61,208 nucleotides of DNA. Origin: an uncultured Bacilli bacterium (lineage in GTDB: Bacteria > Bacillota_I > Bacilli_A > RF39 > UBA660). This document shows, piece by piece, positions 10,388-19,881 of this stretch; position 1 is the first letter of the stretch; the number at the start of each line of letters is the position of its first letter. The notes below the pieces were generated by a model. That model was not told the DNA's origin. It searched no databases and saw only the letters and a program-made list of their open reading frames with translations. Location of the stretch: assembly GCA_947601845.1 (NCBI GenBank), contig CANQGH010000002.1, positions 1 through 61,208 of the forward strand. Reading direction: 5' to 3'. Both the position numbers and the translations under genes were made by a program.

Positions 10388-11725
10388 ATGCAAGAATGGT
10401 TAAAAAATAATTATAAAAAATGCTTGGTAGTTTTTATAATTTTAATAATTTTATTAGGCATTATTTATTGGTTATTAAGAAAACCTATTTATGAAGTTAC
10501 CTTTGATAGTAATGGAGGTACGGCCATATCGAGTGTTAAAGTAAAAAAAGGTGATAAAGTTCCTTCACCTATTGACCCAGTTAAAGATGGTTACATCTTT
10601 GAAGGTTGGGAATATCAAAATGAACTTTATGATTTTGATAAACCTGTTAATAAAGATATGACTTTAAAAGCTTTATGGAATGAAGAAGAGCCAAAGATAT
10701 CTTTAAAAAACAATTCTATTACTTTAGTCCCAGGAGAAGAAGTAACCTTAGATGTAATTCTTACAGGTTCTATTAAGATGAGCGATTTAGTATTTACTTC
10801 TAGTGATAAAGATATTGCTACAGTAAATCAAAACGGAAAAATTACAGCTGTTAAAGAAGGAAAAGTACAAATAACCGTTAAAACCAAAGATGGTAAAAAT
10901 AGTGTTACTTGTAATGTAGTGGTAGCTAATAAAGTAATAGAAGTAGAAAAAATAAGTATTACTGGTGGTACTAAAGTTACAGTAGGTGAGACTATTAAGT
11001 TAACTGCAGTAATAACACCTAATGATGCTACTAATAAAAATGTCACTTGGAAAAGTAGTGATACTAATATAGCTACAGTAGATAAAAATGGTAATGTCAA
11101 AGGTCTAAAGGCAGGTACAGTAATAATTACTGCGGTTACGGATAATGGCAAAGAAGCGATGAGGACTATTAATGTCGAAGCTAAAAAGGAAAATCCAAAT
11201 CCCGAGCCACCTAAAGATGTTGCTGTTAAAGGAGTAACTCTTGAAGGCGCTACTAGTGTTAATGTTGGTGAAACAATTAGTTTAACTGTTAAGATTGAAC
11301 CAAATAATGCTACTAATAAAGGCTTTACATGTTCTAGCAATAATACAGGTATTGCTACCGTTGATTCTAAGACATGTAAAGTAACGGGAGTTAGTCAAGG
11401 GGAAGTAGAAATTACTGTCACAACAACAGATGGAAATTATACTGCTACCCATAAAGTGACCGTTAAAGTTAAAGAGGTGCCAAAGCCAGTATATGAGGTA
11501 CATTTTACGGCAGTATATAATAATAACCATGATATTACTAGTTATAAAGTAACCGTATATAAAGATGGTAATGTTTGGGATGGTTACTCATCAATTGTAT
11601 ATAATGGTAAAACAAGTAAGTTTAAAGAAAATGCTATACCAGCAATGATAGATACTAGTATTACAGAAGCTCAAATAAAAGTTGATGGCGAAATAATAGC
11701 TACAGCAACAGTTAAGTATGATTAA
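10388..11725 (+). CDS. Membrane-anchored surface protein: one InlB-B/Flg_new repeat plus three Big_2 Ig-like domains
   Basis: N-terminal TM segment. YEVTFDSNGGT...DGYIFEGW...LKALW is the Listeria-Bacteroides repeat. Three units of the form ITV/VTVGETIKLTA.ITPNDATNK.VTWKSSD..IATVD..G.V.G...G match Big_2. Confidence 0.8.
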   Translation: MQEWLKNNYKKCLVVFIILIILLGIIYWLLRKPIYEVTFDSNGGTAISSVKVKKGDKVPSPIDPVKDGYIFEGWEYQNELYDFDKPVNKDMTLKALWNEEEPKISLKNNSITLVPGEEVTLDVILTGSIKMSDLVFTSSDKDIATVNQNGKITAVKEGKVQITVKTKDGKNSVTCNVVVANKVIEVEKISITGGTKVTVGETIKLTAVITPNDATNKNVTWKSSDTNIATVDKNGNVKGLKAGTVIITAVTDNGKEAMRTINVEAKKENPNPEPPKDVAVKGVTLEGATSVNVGETISLTVKIEPNNATNKGFTCSSNNTGIATVDSKTCKVTGVSQGEVEITVTTTDGNYTATHKVTVKVKEVPKPVYEVHFTAVYNNNHDITSYKVTVYKDGNVWDGYSSIVYNGKTSKFKENAIPAMIDTSITEAQIKVDGEIIATATVKYD

Positions 11726-11738
11726 GGAGGGAAAAATA

Positions 11739-14700
11739 ATGAAAAAAGCAAGAAATTTGATTTTATTTAGCGTTCTAACATTTTTATTAAGTATTTTTAT
11801 GGGAATGCCAGTATTTGCTAAAGAAATGGATTTAAAGACTTTAGGTGATTTAATAGTAAATAGTAATCCTAATGCTGAATCATTTTATGTTATTGGTAAA
11901 TATGCTTTTACCATGAATTATGTGGGAACTAATAACTTGAATGTGGAAGATATAATGATATCTGCTCATTCAATTGAACTTTCCGAAGCTGATGGTGAGA
12001 AAATTAAAGGAACCACCGCTTATAGCAAAATGAGTGTTTATCAAATAGTAGCTGACACTGATGATGATGATGGCAATGTAACAGGTTGGCACGTTAGTGA
12101 TAAAAACTTATTCGGAACTAATAAACTTAGCAATGATGCAACATTTGATATCGATTATATTGATTATGTAAAAGTTAAAAATATTTATACCGTTACTTTT
12201 GTAGATGAAAATGATAGTGAGATAAAAAAAGAATATGTTATTGAAGGTACTAAAATAACGGCGCCAGAAACAAAAGATAAAGAAGGTTATGATTTTAAAG
12301 GATGGTACAAATGTAATGATGATGCCTGTGCTACTTTAGATGGTAATGAATTTAACTTCGAAAATACCGAAATAAGAGAAAATATCAAATTAAAAGTTAA
12401 ATGGGAAATAAAACATCTAAAAGTAACATTTGATTCTAATGGTGGAACTTCAGTTAATGAAGCTAATGTTGATTATGGGAACAAGGTATCAAAACCAAAT
12501 GCTCCAACCAAAGAAGGTTATGATTTTAAAGGATGGTATAAGTGTAATGATGATACCTGTACTACTTTAGAGGAACAAGAATTTAATTTTAATGATACAC
12601 AAATCAAAGAAAATATTAAATTAAAAGCCAAATGGGAAATAAAACATCTAAAAGTAACATTTGATTCTAATGGTGGAACTTCAGTTAATGAAGCTAATGT
12701 TGATTATGGTAACACCGTATCAAAACCAAACGATCCAACCCAAGTAGGTTATGATTTTAAAGGATGGTACAAGTGTAATGATGATACTTGTGATACTTTA
12801 GAGGAACAAGAATTTAATTTTAATGATACTCAAATTAAAGAAAATATTAAATTAAAAGCCAAATGGGAACAAATTAAATATACTATTACTTTTAAAGGAG
12901 TATCTGATAATATTATTCTTGAAGATGATAATGATGATATTTTAGATAGTAGTAAATATGAAGAAAATGAGTATTTAACTGGTAAAACAGCCGTTGTCAC
13001 TTATCCTTATAAATTAAAAGAAAATCAAATTCCTGAAACTGATCATACCGCTGATGGATATAATTTTATAGGTTGGTATTTAGAGACAGGAGAAAAAATA
13101 GACAATTTAACAGATTATGCTTTTAACGAAGATACAACCATTATTGGCAAGTGGGAAGTAATGAAGTTTACAGTATCTTTCGATAGCGATGGTGGTAATA
13201 CAATAGGTGATATTGTTGTAAGATACAAAGATAAAGTAATGTCACCAGGCGATGCAATAAAAAACAATACCAATGCTTATAATGCTTATGAATTTGCTGG
13301 TTGGTATAAATGTAATAATGATGAATGTACAACTATAGAAGATGCTAAATTTGATTTTGAAAAAACTGAAATAACTGAAAATATTAAATTAAAAGCTAAA
13401 TATGTTAATAAAGTATATACTAACAAAATGATTGCTAACTTCGTAAGTTCATTAAAGACAGATGATTTCTCTGCCTATGAAACAGAAGAAACTAAAAAAA
13501 TATCTTTTGCTATCATTAATAAAGATGTTCTATTATCAAAGAATTTTGATATATTTATAAATGGTCTTGAAGATATGGTTCAAATTAAAAATGTTGCAAA
13601 TATTGTTATTACTTATAATGAGAATCAACGTATAGAATTAACTAGTACTTCCAATATTAGTGAAGAAATAGAAACATTCTTTAACAATTTGATAAGTAAA
13701 GAATACGCTAGTGCTAAATTAGAAGACTTATATAATAAAACATTCAGTATGACAATTAATTTGTCTGGTGACTATACAAACGAACAAGAAAAAAATAATG
13801 ACTCTTATACTGTTGATTTTATTACTGAGTTTGCTAAAGTAAAAAATGAACAAGAATTAAGAGACAATTTAACTAAGGTTAAAGAAATCATTATTGATAC
13901 TGAAAATTGGGATGGCGATATTACTAGTCCAATTATAATAAATAATGATATTGCTATTGATTTTAGAAATGCTAATATTACTTCTAATATTCAAAACAAT
14001 AAATATACATTTATTATTAATGCCGGTAATGTTGTAATCAAGGATTTAAATTTAACAATTGATGTTTTAAAACCTTCTGAATATAACAGAACGGAACAAA
14101 AAGCTAATATTGTTAAAAATACGGTAGGAATAAAAGTTGCTGAAGGTGCTACTTTAACTGCCAACAATTTCCATGTAAAAACAAAAGATACCATTAATTA
14201 TGATGATTTAACTATTGCTTCTGAAAAATTAGGTGGAAGTGAAGTAACTGTTAATGAAAATGCCGCAATTGAATTATATGGAAAATTATCTGGTGCAAAT
14301 ATTGTTTATGATAGTGAAATATATGGAAGTCCAACCGTTTTAGTTAAAGATGATAAAACTGCTGCAATGAATGTAAATGGGTTCCATAGTAACAAAGGTT
14401 TATATGTAGTAATAGATAGCGATTCTCATGATTCCTTTGCTACTATTAAAAACAATTTTGTTAATTATTATCGTAATTATAATTATTCATATTTAGCTTA
14501 TGCTTGGTTTAAATCAGATTATACTAGCATTCATCCAGCAGCATTCATATATGGTGAAAATATAACTGTACCAAAAGCTTTCCAAGTAGGTGGAAGAGAA
14601 CATACTTTCTCAGGTTCTAATGGCTCTACTTATGAATTAGTAGGATGGAGATCAAGAAGTTATAGTGGAACAAAAAGTAATGATGATGTTCACAAAATGA

Positions 14701-14753
14701 AAATTACTAATAATGAAACATATTATTTCTATACAGATTACATTATAAAATAA
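11739..14753 (+). CDS. Secreted surface protein with at least six Flg_new (InlB-B-type) repeats and a beta-helix-like C-terminal region
   Basis: Start moved to ATG 11739 (SD aaggaggg; signal peptide MKKARNLILFSVLTFLLSIFMGMPVFA). Repeated VTFDSNGG...GYDFKGWYKCNDDxC...LKAKW modules. Confidence 0.8.
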   Translation: MKKARNLILFSVLTFLLSIFMGMPVFAKEMDLKTLGDLIVNSNPNAESFYVIGKYAFTMNYVGTNNLNVEDIMISAHSIELSEADGEKIKGTTAYSKMSVYQIVADTDDDDGNVTGWHVSDKNLFGTNKLSNDATFDIDYIDYVKVKNIYTVTFVDENDSEIKKEYVIEGTKITAPETKDKEGYDFKGWYKCNDDACATLDGNEFNFENTEIRENIKLKVKWEIKHLKVTFDSNGGTSVNEANVDYGNKVSKPNAPTKEGYDFKGWYKCNDDTCTTLEEQEFNFNDTQIKENIKLKAKWEIKHLKVTFDSNGGTSVNEANVDYGNTVSKPNDPTQVGYDFKGWYKCNDDTCDTLEEQEFNFNDTQIKENIKLKAKWEQIKYTITFKGVSDNIILEDDNDDILDSSKYEENEYLTGKTAVVTYPYKLKENQIPETDHTADGYNFIGWYLETGEKIDNLTDYAFNEDTTIIGKWEVMKFTVSFDSDGGNTIGDIVVRYKDKVMSPGDAIKNNTNAYNAYEFAGWYKCNNDECTTIEDAKFDFEKTEITENIKLKAKYVNKVYTNKMIANFVSSLKTDDFSAYETEETKKISFAIINKDVLLSKNFDIFINGLEDMVQIKNVANIVITYNENQRIELTSTSNISEEIETFFNNLISKEYASAKLEDLYNKTFSMTINLSGDYTNEQEKNNDSYTVDFITEFAKVKNEQELRDNLTKVKEIIIDTENWDGDITSPIIINNDIAIDFRNANITSNIQNNKYTFIINAGNVVIKDLNLTIDVLKPSEYNRTEQKANIVKNTVGIKVAEGATLTANNFHVKTKDTINYDDLTIASEKLGGSEVTVNENAAIELYGKLSGANIVYDSEIYGSPTVLVKDDKTAAMNVNGFHSNKGLYVVIDSDSHDSFATIKNNFVNYYRNYNYSYLAYAWFKSDYTSIHPAAFIYGENITVPKAFQVGGREHTFSGSNGSTYELVGWRSRSYSGTKSNDDVHKMKITNNETYYFYTDYIIK
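12180..12872 (+). repeat. Three tandem 231-bp (77-aa) coding repeats; the last two are near-identical
   Basis: Units run 12180-12410, 12411-12641 and 12642-12872. Units 2 and 3 share long identical runs (aaacatctaaaagtaacatttgattctaatggtggaacttcagttaatgaagctaatgttgattatgg). Confidence 0.9.
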
Positions 14754-14770
14754 TAAATTCAAACTAAAAG

Positions 14771-14794
14771 AAGAGCCTCAATTGGCTCTTTTTT
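14771..14794. terminator. Bidirectional terminator between convergent genes
   Basis: aagagcc (14771-14777) / ggctctt (14784-14790), with A-rich sequence upstream and tttt downstream. Confidence 0.75.
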
Positions 14795-14805
14795 CGTTTT
14801 AGCAC

Positions 14806-16038
14806 TTAAGCTCTACTTTTTACGATTTTTAACTCTGTTCCTGGATAATAATGAGCTAGTATTTCTTGATAGTTACTACCATTATTAGCCATTTCTAAAG
14901 CTCCATATTGACTCATACCAACACCATGACCATAACCTTTTGTAGTAACAATGATACCATCATCGACAAATTCTATACTAAAGTCGGTTGATCTAAGACC
15001 TAATAGTTTTCTAAATTCGACTCCTGAAAAATAATTATCATCAACCCTTAAAGAAGTAATACGCCCAGATAAATCTCTATTTATTATTTCTATGGTTGTT
15101 CCTTGATTAAAAGGTATATTTAATATATAAGATAAATCTTCAAAAGATATGTATTGTTCCATCATAAAATCTCTAGCATTAGTATCCCAAGTAGAACTTA
15201 CAACCGTTAAATAAGGATAGGCTTTTCCAAATACCTCATAAGATGATTCGGTATAGCCATTACTAATGGCGTGATATAAAGCCGTTATTAAATCATTATC
15301 ATAAGTAAGAACTACGCCTCTAGTATTTGTAACCGCATCCTTAATGTTACGATAATAAGTATTATAATTGTTTTTCCATAGAGTTAATAGTTCAATATTA
15401 TCTTTATATATTTGTGTAGTGTTATCATCAGTTAAATAAGCGTGATCTTGTAAATATTTTAAAGCATAAGTTCTAGCAGCTATAGCTTGAGCTTTTAGAG
15501 CCTCTAGAGGAAATAAAGGTGACATTTCGGCACCAATTACTCCCAAAACATAATCTTCTAAATCAATAGTTACCATGATGCCATTACTTCTTTTAACATA
15601 AATAGGTATAGCTACTGTTGCAGATGTATTTACTACTTTGGTAATAGGTTTATTATCATTAACTATTGCACTATAATTAGTAACTTTCTTTTCACCAGTT
15701 AAGATAATAGGTTCCTTAGGTTCAATTTTCGAATAACCAATTTGTATATTATCATTATTATAATGATTTAAAATAATCTGACTTACGTAATGAAAATTAT
15801 TATCATATTTATAAGGAGGAATATCAATTCTGCCTAAGACCACTGACCCTAAAATAAGACCACCTACTACTAGGATAACTTTATTACCTTTCCATTTTAT
15901 CTTATTAATAGATACAAAATCATTAACTTTATTTAATAAAGAATGCCGCTCAAAATCAGAAAACTCATAATCATAACTTAAATATAAAACGAGAATTTCC
16001 TCTTTATCAACTTTTCTTATCTCATAACGCTCAATCAT
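14806..16038 (-). CDS. SpoIID/LytB domain protein (lytic transglycosylase-type amidase enhancer)
   Basis: TM anchor, then SpoIID motifs (EALKAQAIAARTYAL, HAISNGYTES, GHGVGMSQYGA). ATG 16038 with GGTGA 5 nt upstream is preferred over the TTG at 16050. Confidence 0.8.
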   Translation of the reverse strand: MIERYEIRKVDKEEILVLYLSYDYEFSDFERHSLLNKVNDFVSINKIKWKGNKVILVVGGLILGSVVLGRIDIPPYKYDNNFHYVSQIILNHYNNDNIQIGYSKIEPKEPIILTGEKKVTNYSAIVNDNKPITKVVNTSATVAIPIYVKRSNGIMVTIDLEDYVLGVIGAEMSPLFPLEALKAQAIAARTYALKYLQDHAYLTDDNTTQIYKDNIELLTLWKNNYNTYYRNIKDAVTNTRGVVLTYDNDLITALYHAISNGYTESSYEVFGKAYPYLTVVSSTWDTNARDFMMEQYISFEDLSYILNIPFNQGTTIEIINRDLSGRITSLRVDDNYFSGVEFRKLLGLRSTDFSIEFVDDGIIVTTKGYGHGVGMSQYGALEMANNGSNYQEILAHYYPGTELKIVKSRA

Positions 16039-16096
16039 ATTCTTCACCAATTATAGTTTTCCTACAAATTAGTAAAAATATGCAAAAAAAGAAAAC

Positions 16097-17224
16097 CTAA
16101 TTTTTACTGATAGGTTTCCTTTTATAACTATTATCTTCTTCCATAATAAGTGCATAAAGTTTATCAACTTTCGTTTCTAATTTTAATAGCTCTGCATACT
16201 TTTTTTCATAATTAGTAATAATAGGGATTTTGAGTTCTTTTTTAATACTATTTAAGTATTTTTTTCCTTGATTGTTAAAACCCAGTACTCTAATATATTT
16301 TAATGTTAAGTGGCAAGCCTCTTCTTTAGTAAGACCACATAGTATATGGGTTGCCATACGTTGTAATTTGTTATAAGTATATCTTTTGGTTTTTATTTTT
16401 AGTATTAATTCATCAATGGTGTTAACTTCATCGATAAACTTAAGAATTCGATTATGTAAGCCTTCATCGACAGTTTGATACTTGCTAATTCCTTCTTGTT
16501 CAGTTAATATTTTATATTTTAAAAAATTAAAGTAATTATTATTATCTTTTTTATTTTGTAAATAATGATAAGTTTCTTTAGGAACATATTTAACAATATC
16601 AGGATTATGTAAATTTTTCCTAATAGCAGTAGCACTAGCAATATCATTATTTAAATTTAGACTATGATAATCATTTGTTCTTTTTATAGTAACGATTTCT
16701 ATATTAGCTTTTTGTTTTATTATTTCTTTAGTATAAGATAGTCCTAATAAATCATTGGGTAAAGTTATTTCTTGATTAGTTATATCTTTTAGGGCTAAAG
16801 ATAGGGAAGTAGGGTAGTTTTCTCCTTTATCTAAATATGACTTAACTATTTTGTCATAATCTTTATTATTAAGAGCTATATCGGCTAACATTTTTAATTT
16901 ATTAGCATCATTTGATTCACTACCGAAGACAATTGTATCTACCTTTAATTCCTTTAATATAGCAATAGCCCCCTTACTAAATATATCTGATGATTGAGTA
17001 GCATAGATAAAGGGGAGTTCTACTACTAAGTCTACACCATAATTTAAAGCAATATCTGTTTTTTCCCATTTATTTAAAATACTAATTTCACCACGTTCCG
17101 TAAAAGATGAGGACATTACTAAAATAATTAAAGAATCAGGATACATTTCTTTAATTTTATTTAAGTGATATATATGACCATTATGAAAAGGATTATATTC
17201 ACAAATAATACCAATTTTTTGCAT
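16097..17224 (-). CDS. tmcAL: tRNA(Met) cytidine acetate ligase (YlbM/UPF0348 nucleotidyltransferase)
   Basis: N-terminus IGIICEYNPFHNGHIYHL (HxGH nucleotidyltransferase); length 375 aa; SD aaggag. Confidence 0.85.
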   Translation of the reverse strand: MQKIGIICEYNPFHNGHIYHLNKIKEMYPDSLIILVMSSSFTERGEISILNKWEKTDIALNYGVDLVVELPFIYATQSSDIFSKGAIAILKELKVDTIVFGSESNDANKLKMLADIALNNKDYDKIVKSYLDKGENYPTSLSLALKDITNQEITLPNDLLGLSYTKEIIKQKANIEIVTIKRTNDYHSLNLNNDIASATAIRKNLHNPDIVKYVPKETYHYLQNKKDNNNYFNFLKYKILTEQEGISKYQTVDEGLHNRILKFIDEVNTIDELILKIKTKRYTYNKLQRMATHILCGLTKEEACHLTLKYIRVLGFNNQGKKYLNSIKKELKIPIITNYEKKYAELLKLETKVDKLYALIMEEDNSYKRKPISKN

Positions 17225-17381
17225 ATTGATTTCTCCTTTTCCTGTATTATACTATAAATTTTATAAAAAAACAGTTGAAGTGTAAAAAAAGTCATTGACA
17301 AATAAGCTGGAATTTTATAGAATAATAGCTAATTATTACATTAATTTTACATGTTTTGTCAAAATTTGTGTTATAATTTAA

Positions 17382-17410
17382 TTAATAGTACTATCAATGT
17401 ATGGTACAAT
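17382..17410 (+). promoter_or_regulatory. Extended -10 promoter for the leader RNA
   Basis: TGgTACAAT at 17402-17410, with a weak -35 ttaata at 17382-17387. Confidence 0.4.
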
Positions 17411-17416
17411 ATTATT

Positions 17417-17551
17417 GGGAGATGGTAGCCCCAGCCTATCTTCGGCGGCTATAACTTAGTTATAGTACACAAAATAGAAGGCCATTTGCCCAGTTAGTAT
17501 AACAAAATTGGGCTGCTACCAAAGAGGGCTTATTTGGGCTCTCTTTTATTT
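17417..17551 (+). ncRNA. Unclassified structured 5' leader / small RNA ending in an intrinsic terminator
   Basis: Long-range helix GGUAGC (17424-17429) / GCUACC (17515-17520). Perfect hairpin CUAUAAC-UUA-GUUAUAG (17449-17465). Hairpin GCCCA (17488-17492) / UGGGC (17509-17513). Terminator at 17521-17551. Confidence 0.5.
17521..17551 (+). terminator. Intrinsic terminator immediately upstream of the SD of ORF 17563
   Basis: In AAAGAGGGCUUAUUUGGGCUCUCUUUUAUUU, GAGGGC pairs with GCUCUC (including G-U pairs) and a U-rich tail follows. SD gagggg comes 3 nt later. Confidence 0.6.
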
Positions 17552-17562
17552 GAGGGGAAATT

Positions 17563-18144
17563 ATGTTACAAGAATTGATTAATACATTTGAGGCGTTGAA
17601 GAAATATGTTTATATAATTGATAGGGGTAGTTATTCTCCTATAATAATCAAATTTAAGGATGAGCATTTTTATCACTTAATTGGGCTACACAAAACAAAT
17701 ATTGATATGTTTTTCCCAACAAAAATGCATTCTAAAGATAAGCGATATAAACATATCAAGAAAAATATAGAGAAATATGAACATATTATTTTAAATCAAA
17801 CAAAAGATAGAAACTCGTTAGAACTTAGACTTACAACATTCCACCAAATATTAAATCTATTGAGTGGGGAATATAATACTAATTTATACAATTTAAGCAC
17901 AAAAGTACCAGGTAGTATGTATAGTGGAGATTATGGGTTACTTGCTATTTTGGAAAATATATACTGCCTTTTAGGCTTAAGACATGATGCTAACTGTGAT
18001 GGACCGATTTATGTCCCACAAAGTTGGATGGCTAGCAAAAGAGTAAACAAATTGACAGCTGGGAAACCCCCTATGTATTTCAAAAAAATAATTGCTATAC
18101 CAACAAGTATATATTCAAGTGATTATAATGGATTGGGGGTATAA
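17563..18144 (+). CDS. Orphan 193-aa protein; possibly a Barnase/EndoU/RelE-fold (PBECR-like) RNase
   Basis: Good SD (gagggg) and its own terminator. The motif FKDEHFYHLIGLHK recalls PBECR4-type predicted RNases, but this is from memory only and needs an HMM check. Confidence 0.6.
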   Translation: MLQELINTFEALKKYVYIIDRGSYSPIIIKFKDEHFYHLIGLHKTNIDMFFPTKMHSKDKRYKHIKKNIEKYEHIILNQTKDRNSLELRLTTFHQILNLLSGEYNTNLYNLSTKVPGSMYSGDYGLLAILENIYCLLGLRHDANCDGPIYVPQSWMASKRVNKLTAGKPPMYFKKIIAIPTSIYSSDYNGLGV

Positions 18145-18196
18145 AACATAATAAATAATTTACATAACTAATTGTAAAGTATTAACGATATTTTCT

Positions 18197-18227
18197 AATT
18201 ACTAGGTTAATGACTAGTAATTTTTTT
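18197..18227 (+). terminator. Rho-independent terminator
   Basis: aattactag (18197-18205) / ctagtaatt (18214-18222), then ttttt. Confidence 0.7.
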
Positions 18228-18489
18228 AAATCTTTGGTATCATTAATTGTGGAAAATACTTTCATAAAAGAATAGAATATAATGAGGTTTCTAGGTGAGA
18301 AGAGGCGGTAATTTGCAATATTTTTTTTAGTGTTAAACTCGAATAAAAATAAATAAACAATCATCAAGATGTTAAAATTTTATTTTAGGGTTTATTTTTT
18401 TCGACTTTTATGCTAAAATAAACGCGAATATTGAGAAAACCCTTATTATTGCAAAAGTAGTATGAAAAGTAAAATTTGGGAGGAAAAAT

Positions 18490-19164
18490 ATGGAAGAAAT
18501 AAATTTAAAGGATTTTTTAACTTATATAGTTAAAAAAATACCAATTATAATATGCATTACCTTATTGGTACTTTTATTAGGAATAGAATATGCTGTATTT
18601 TTGAAAACACCACTATACAGTGGCGATACCACAATATTGTTGGTACAAGATCATGGAGACTCAAGCATGACTCAAAATGATGTTGCCCTAAACCAAAAAT
18701 TAGTGGCCACTTATAGTGAAATTATTAAAAGTAGAAGAGTATTAAATCAAGTAATTGAGCAATTACAGTTAGACTATACAGCTGGAGCATTATCTAATAA
18801 GATTACGGTATCCAGTATCAATGATACCGAAATTATCAAAATTAGTGTAAGTGATGAAGATTCTGAAACAGCATGTGTTATTGCTGATACGATAGCAAGT
18901 GTTTTTGAAAAAGAAATAGTAGAACTTTATAACTTGAAAAATGTTTCCATTATTGATGAGGCAGAAATAAAAGATCAACCATATAACATTAATACGGTTA
19001 GAGACTTAATTATATTCTTCTTAGCAGGAGCTGTTTTATCAGTAGGTGTTGTCTTTGTCTTCTATTACTTTGATACATCAATTAAATCTAGCGAAGAAAT
19101 AGAAGCTAAATTAGGGGTTACCGTAATAGGTAGTGTACCCTTATATAAGAGAAAGAAAAAATAA
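18490..19164 (+). CDS. cpsC: Polysaccharide co-polymerase / tyrosine-kinase modulator (Wzz, CpsC/YwqC-like)
   Basis: 224 aa with two TM segments flanking an extracytoplasmic Wzz-type domain. It sits immediately upstream of the BY-kinase. Confidence 0.85.
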   Translation: MEEINLKDFLTYIVKKIPIIICITLLVLLLGIEYAVFLKTPLYSGDTTILLVQDHGDSSMTQNDVALNQKLVATYSEIIKSRRVLNQVIEQLQLDYTAGALSNKITVSSINDTEIIKISVSDEDSETACVIADTIASVFEKEIVELYNLKNVSIIDEAEIKDQPYNINTVRDLIIFFLAGAVLSVGVVFVFYYFDTSIKSSEEIEAKLGVTVIGSVPLYKRKKK

Positions 19165-19182
19165 AGGAGGAGGGGTGTAATT

Positions 19183-19881
19183 ATGAATAATGAATTATTA
19201 GTTATAAAGAAACCTTACTCATCTTTTAGCGAAGAAATTAAAAGAGTAAGAACCAATATTAAGTTTTCTGCTGTAGATGAAGCTGTAAAAGTAATTATGA
19301 TTACTTCTTCAGTAGCAGGAGAAGGTAAAAGCTTTATGGCAGCCAATTTAGCAACAGCTTTTGCATTAAATAATGAAAAAGTGTTAATTATTGATTGTGA
19401 TTTAAGAAAAGGAAGACAAAATAAAATATTTGGTATTGCTTGTGAAGAAAACGAAGGATTTTCTAATTTATTATTAGATAAACTTTGGGATGAGCGATAC
19501 ATGGATTATGTTAAACCTACTAAAGTTAAAAAATTAAGTATCATTCCAACGGGGCCTTATCCACCAAATCCATCTGAACTTTTAGCAAGCACTAAATGTA
19601 AGAATCTAATTGATAGATATAAACAGTTCTTTGATGTTATAATATTAGATTGCCCACCAGTATTGGGACTTAATGATTCATTAGTAGTATCAACATATGC
19701 TGATTTATCTATTATTGTGGCAGCACATAAGAAAACACCAATGGATTTATTAATTGAATCTAAGAAATCATTAGAAAATGTAGGTGCAAAGAAAATAAAT
19801 GTCATCCTAAATAAGGTTGATTCTAAAGATAACCCATATTATTCAAGTTATTATACTAATGATGAAGTGGATAAAGAATAA
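19183..19881 (+). CDS. cpsD: BY-family protein tyrosine kinase (CpsD/YwqD-like)
   Basis: Walker A SSVAGEGKS, Walker A' IIDCDLRK, Walker B VIILDCPP, and a C-terminal Tyr cluster NPYYSSYYTND. Confidence 0.9.
   Translation: MNNELLVIKKPYSSFSEEIKRVRTNIKFSAVDEAVKVIMITSSVAGEGKSFMAANLATAFALNNEKVLIIDCDLRKGRQNKIFGIACEENEGFSNLLLDKLWDERYMDYVKPTKVKKLSIIPTGPYPPNPSELLASTKCKNLIDRYKQFFDVIILDCPPVLGLNDSLVVSTYADLSIIVAAHKKTPMDLLIESKKSLENVGAKKINVILNKVDSKDNPYYSSYYTNDEVDKE

Noticed and set aside
10828-11530. 170-aa and 82-aa minus-strand ORFs opposite the Big_2 surface-protein gene
   Set aside because: Their low-complexity L/V/T/S-rich translations are generated by the reverse complement of repetitive Big_2 coding sequence. 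The plus-strand gene has clear domain motifs.
17417-17470. Possible fluoride (crcB-motif) riboswitch, because of GGGAGAUGGUAGCCCC
   Set aside because: Only the GAUGG segment resembles the motif. The conserved AAAC linker and the GCUGAUGA 3' segment are missing. The complementary GCUACC lies about 85 nt away rather than adjacent, and the downstream gene is not crcB/eriC.
18182-18367. 61-aa minus-strand ORF upstream of the capsule operon
   Set aside because: No SD and no recognisable motif. It overlaps the terminator of the 193-aa gene and the likely capsule promoter region.
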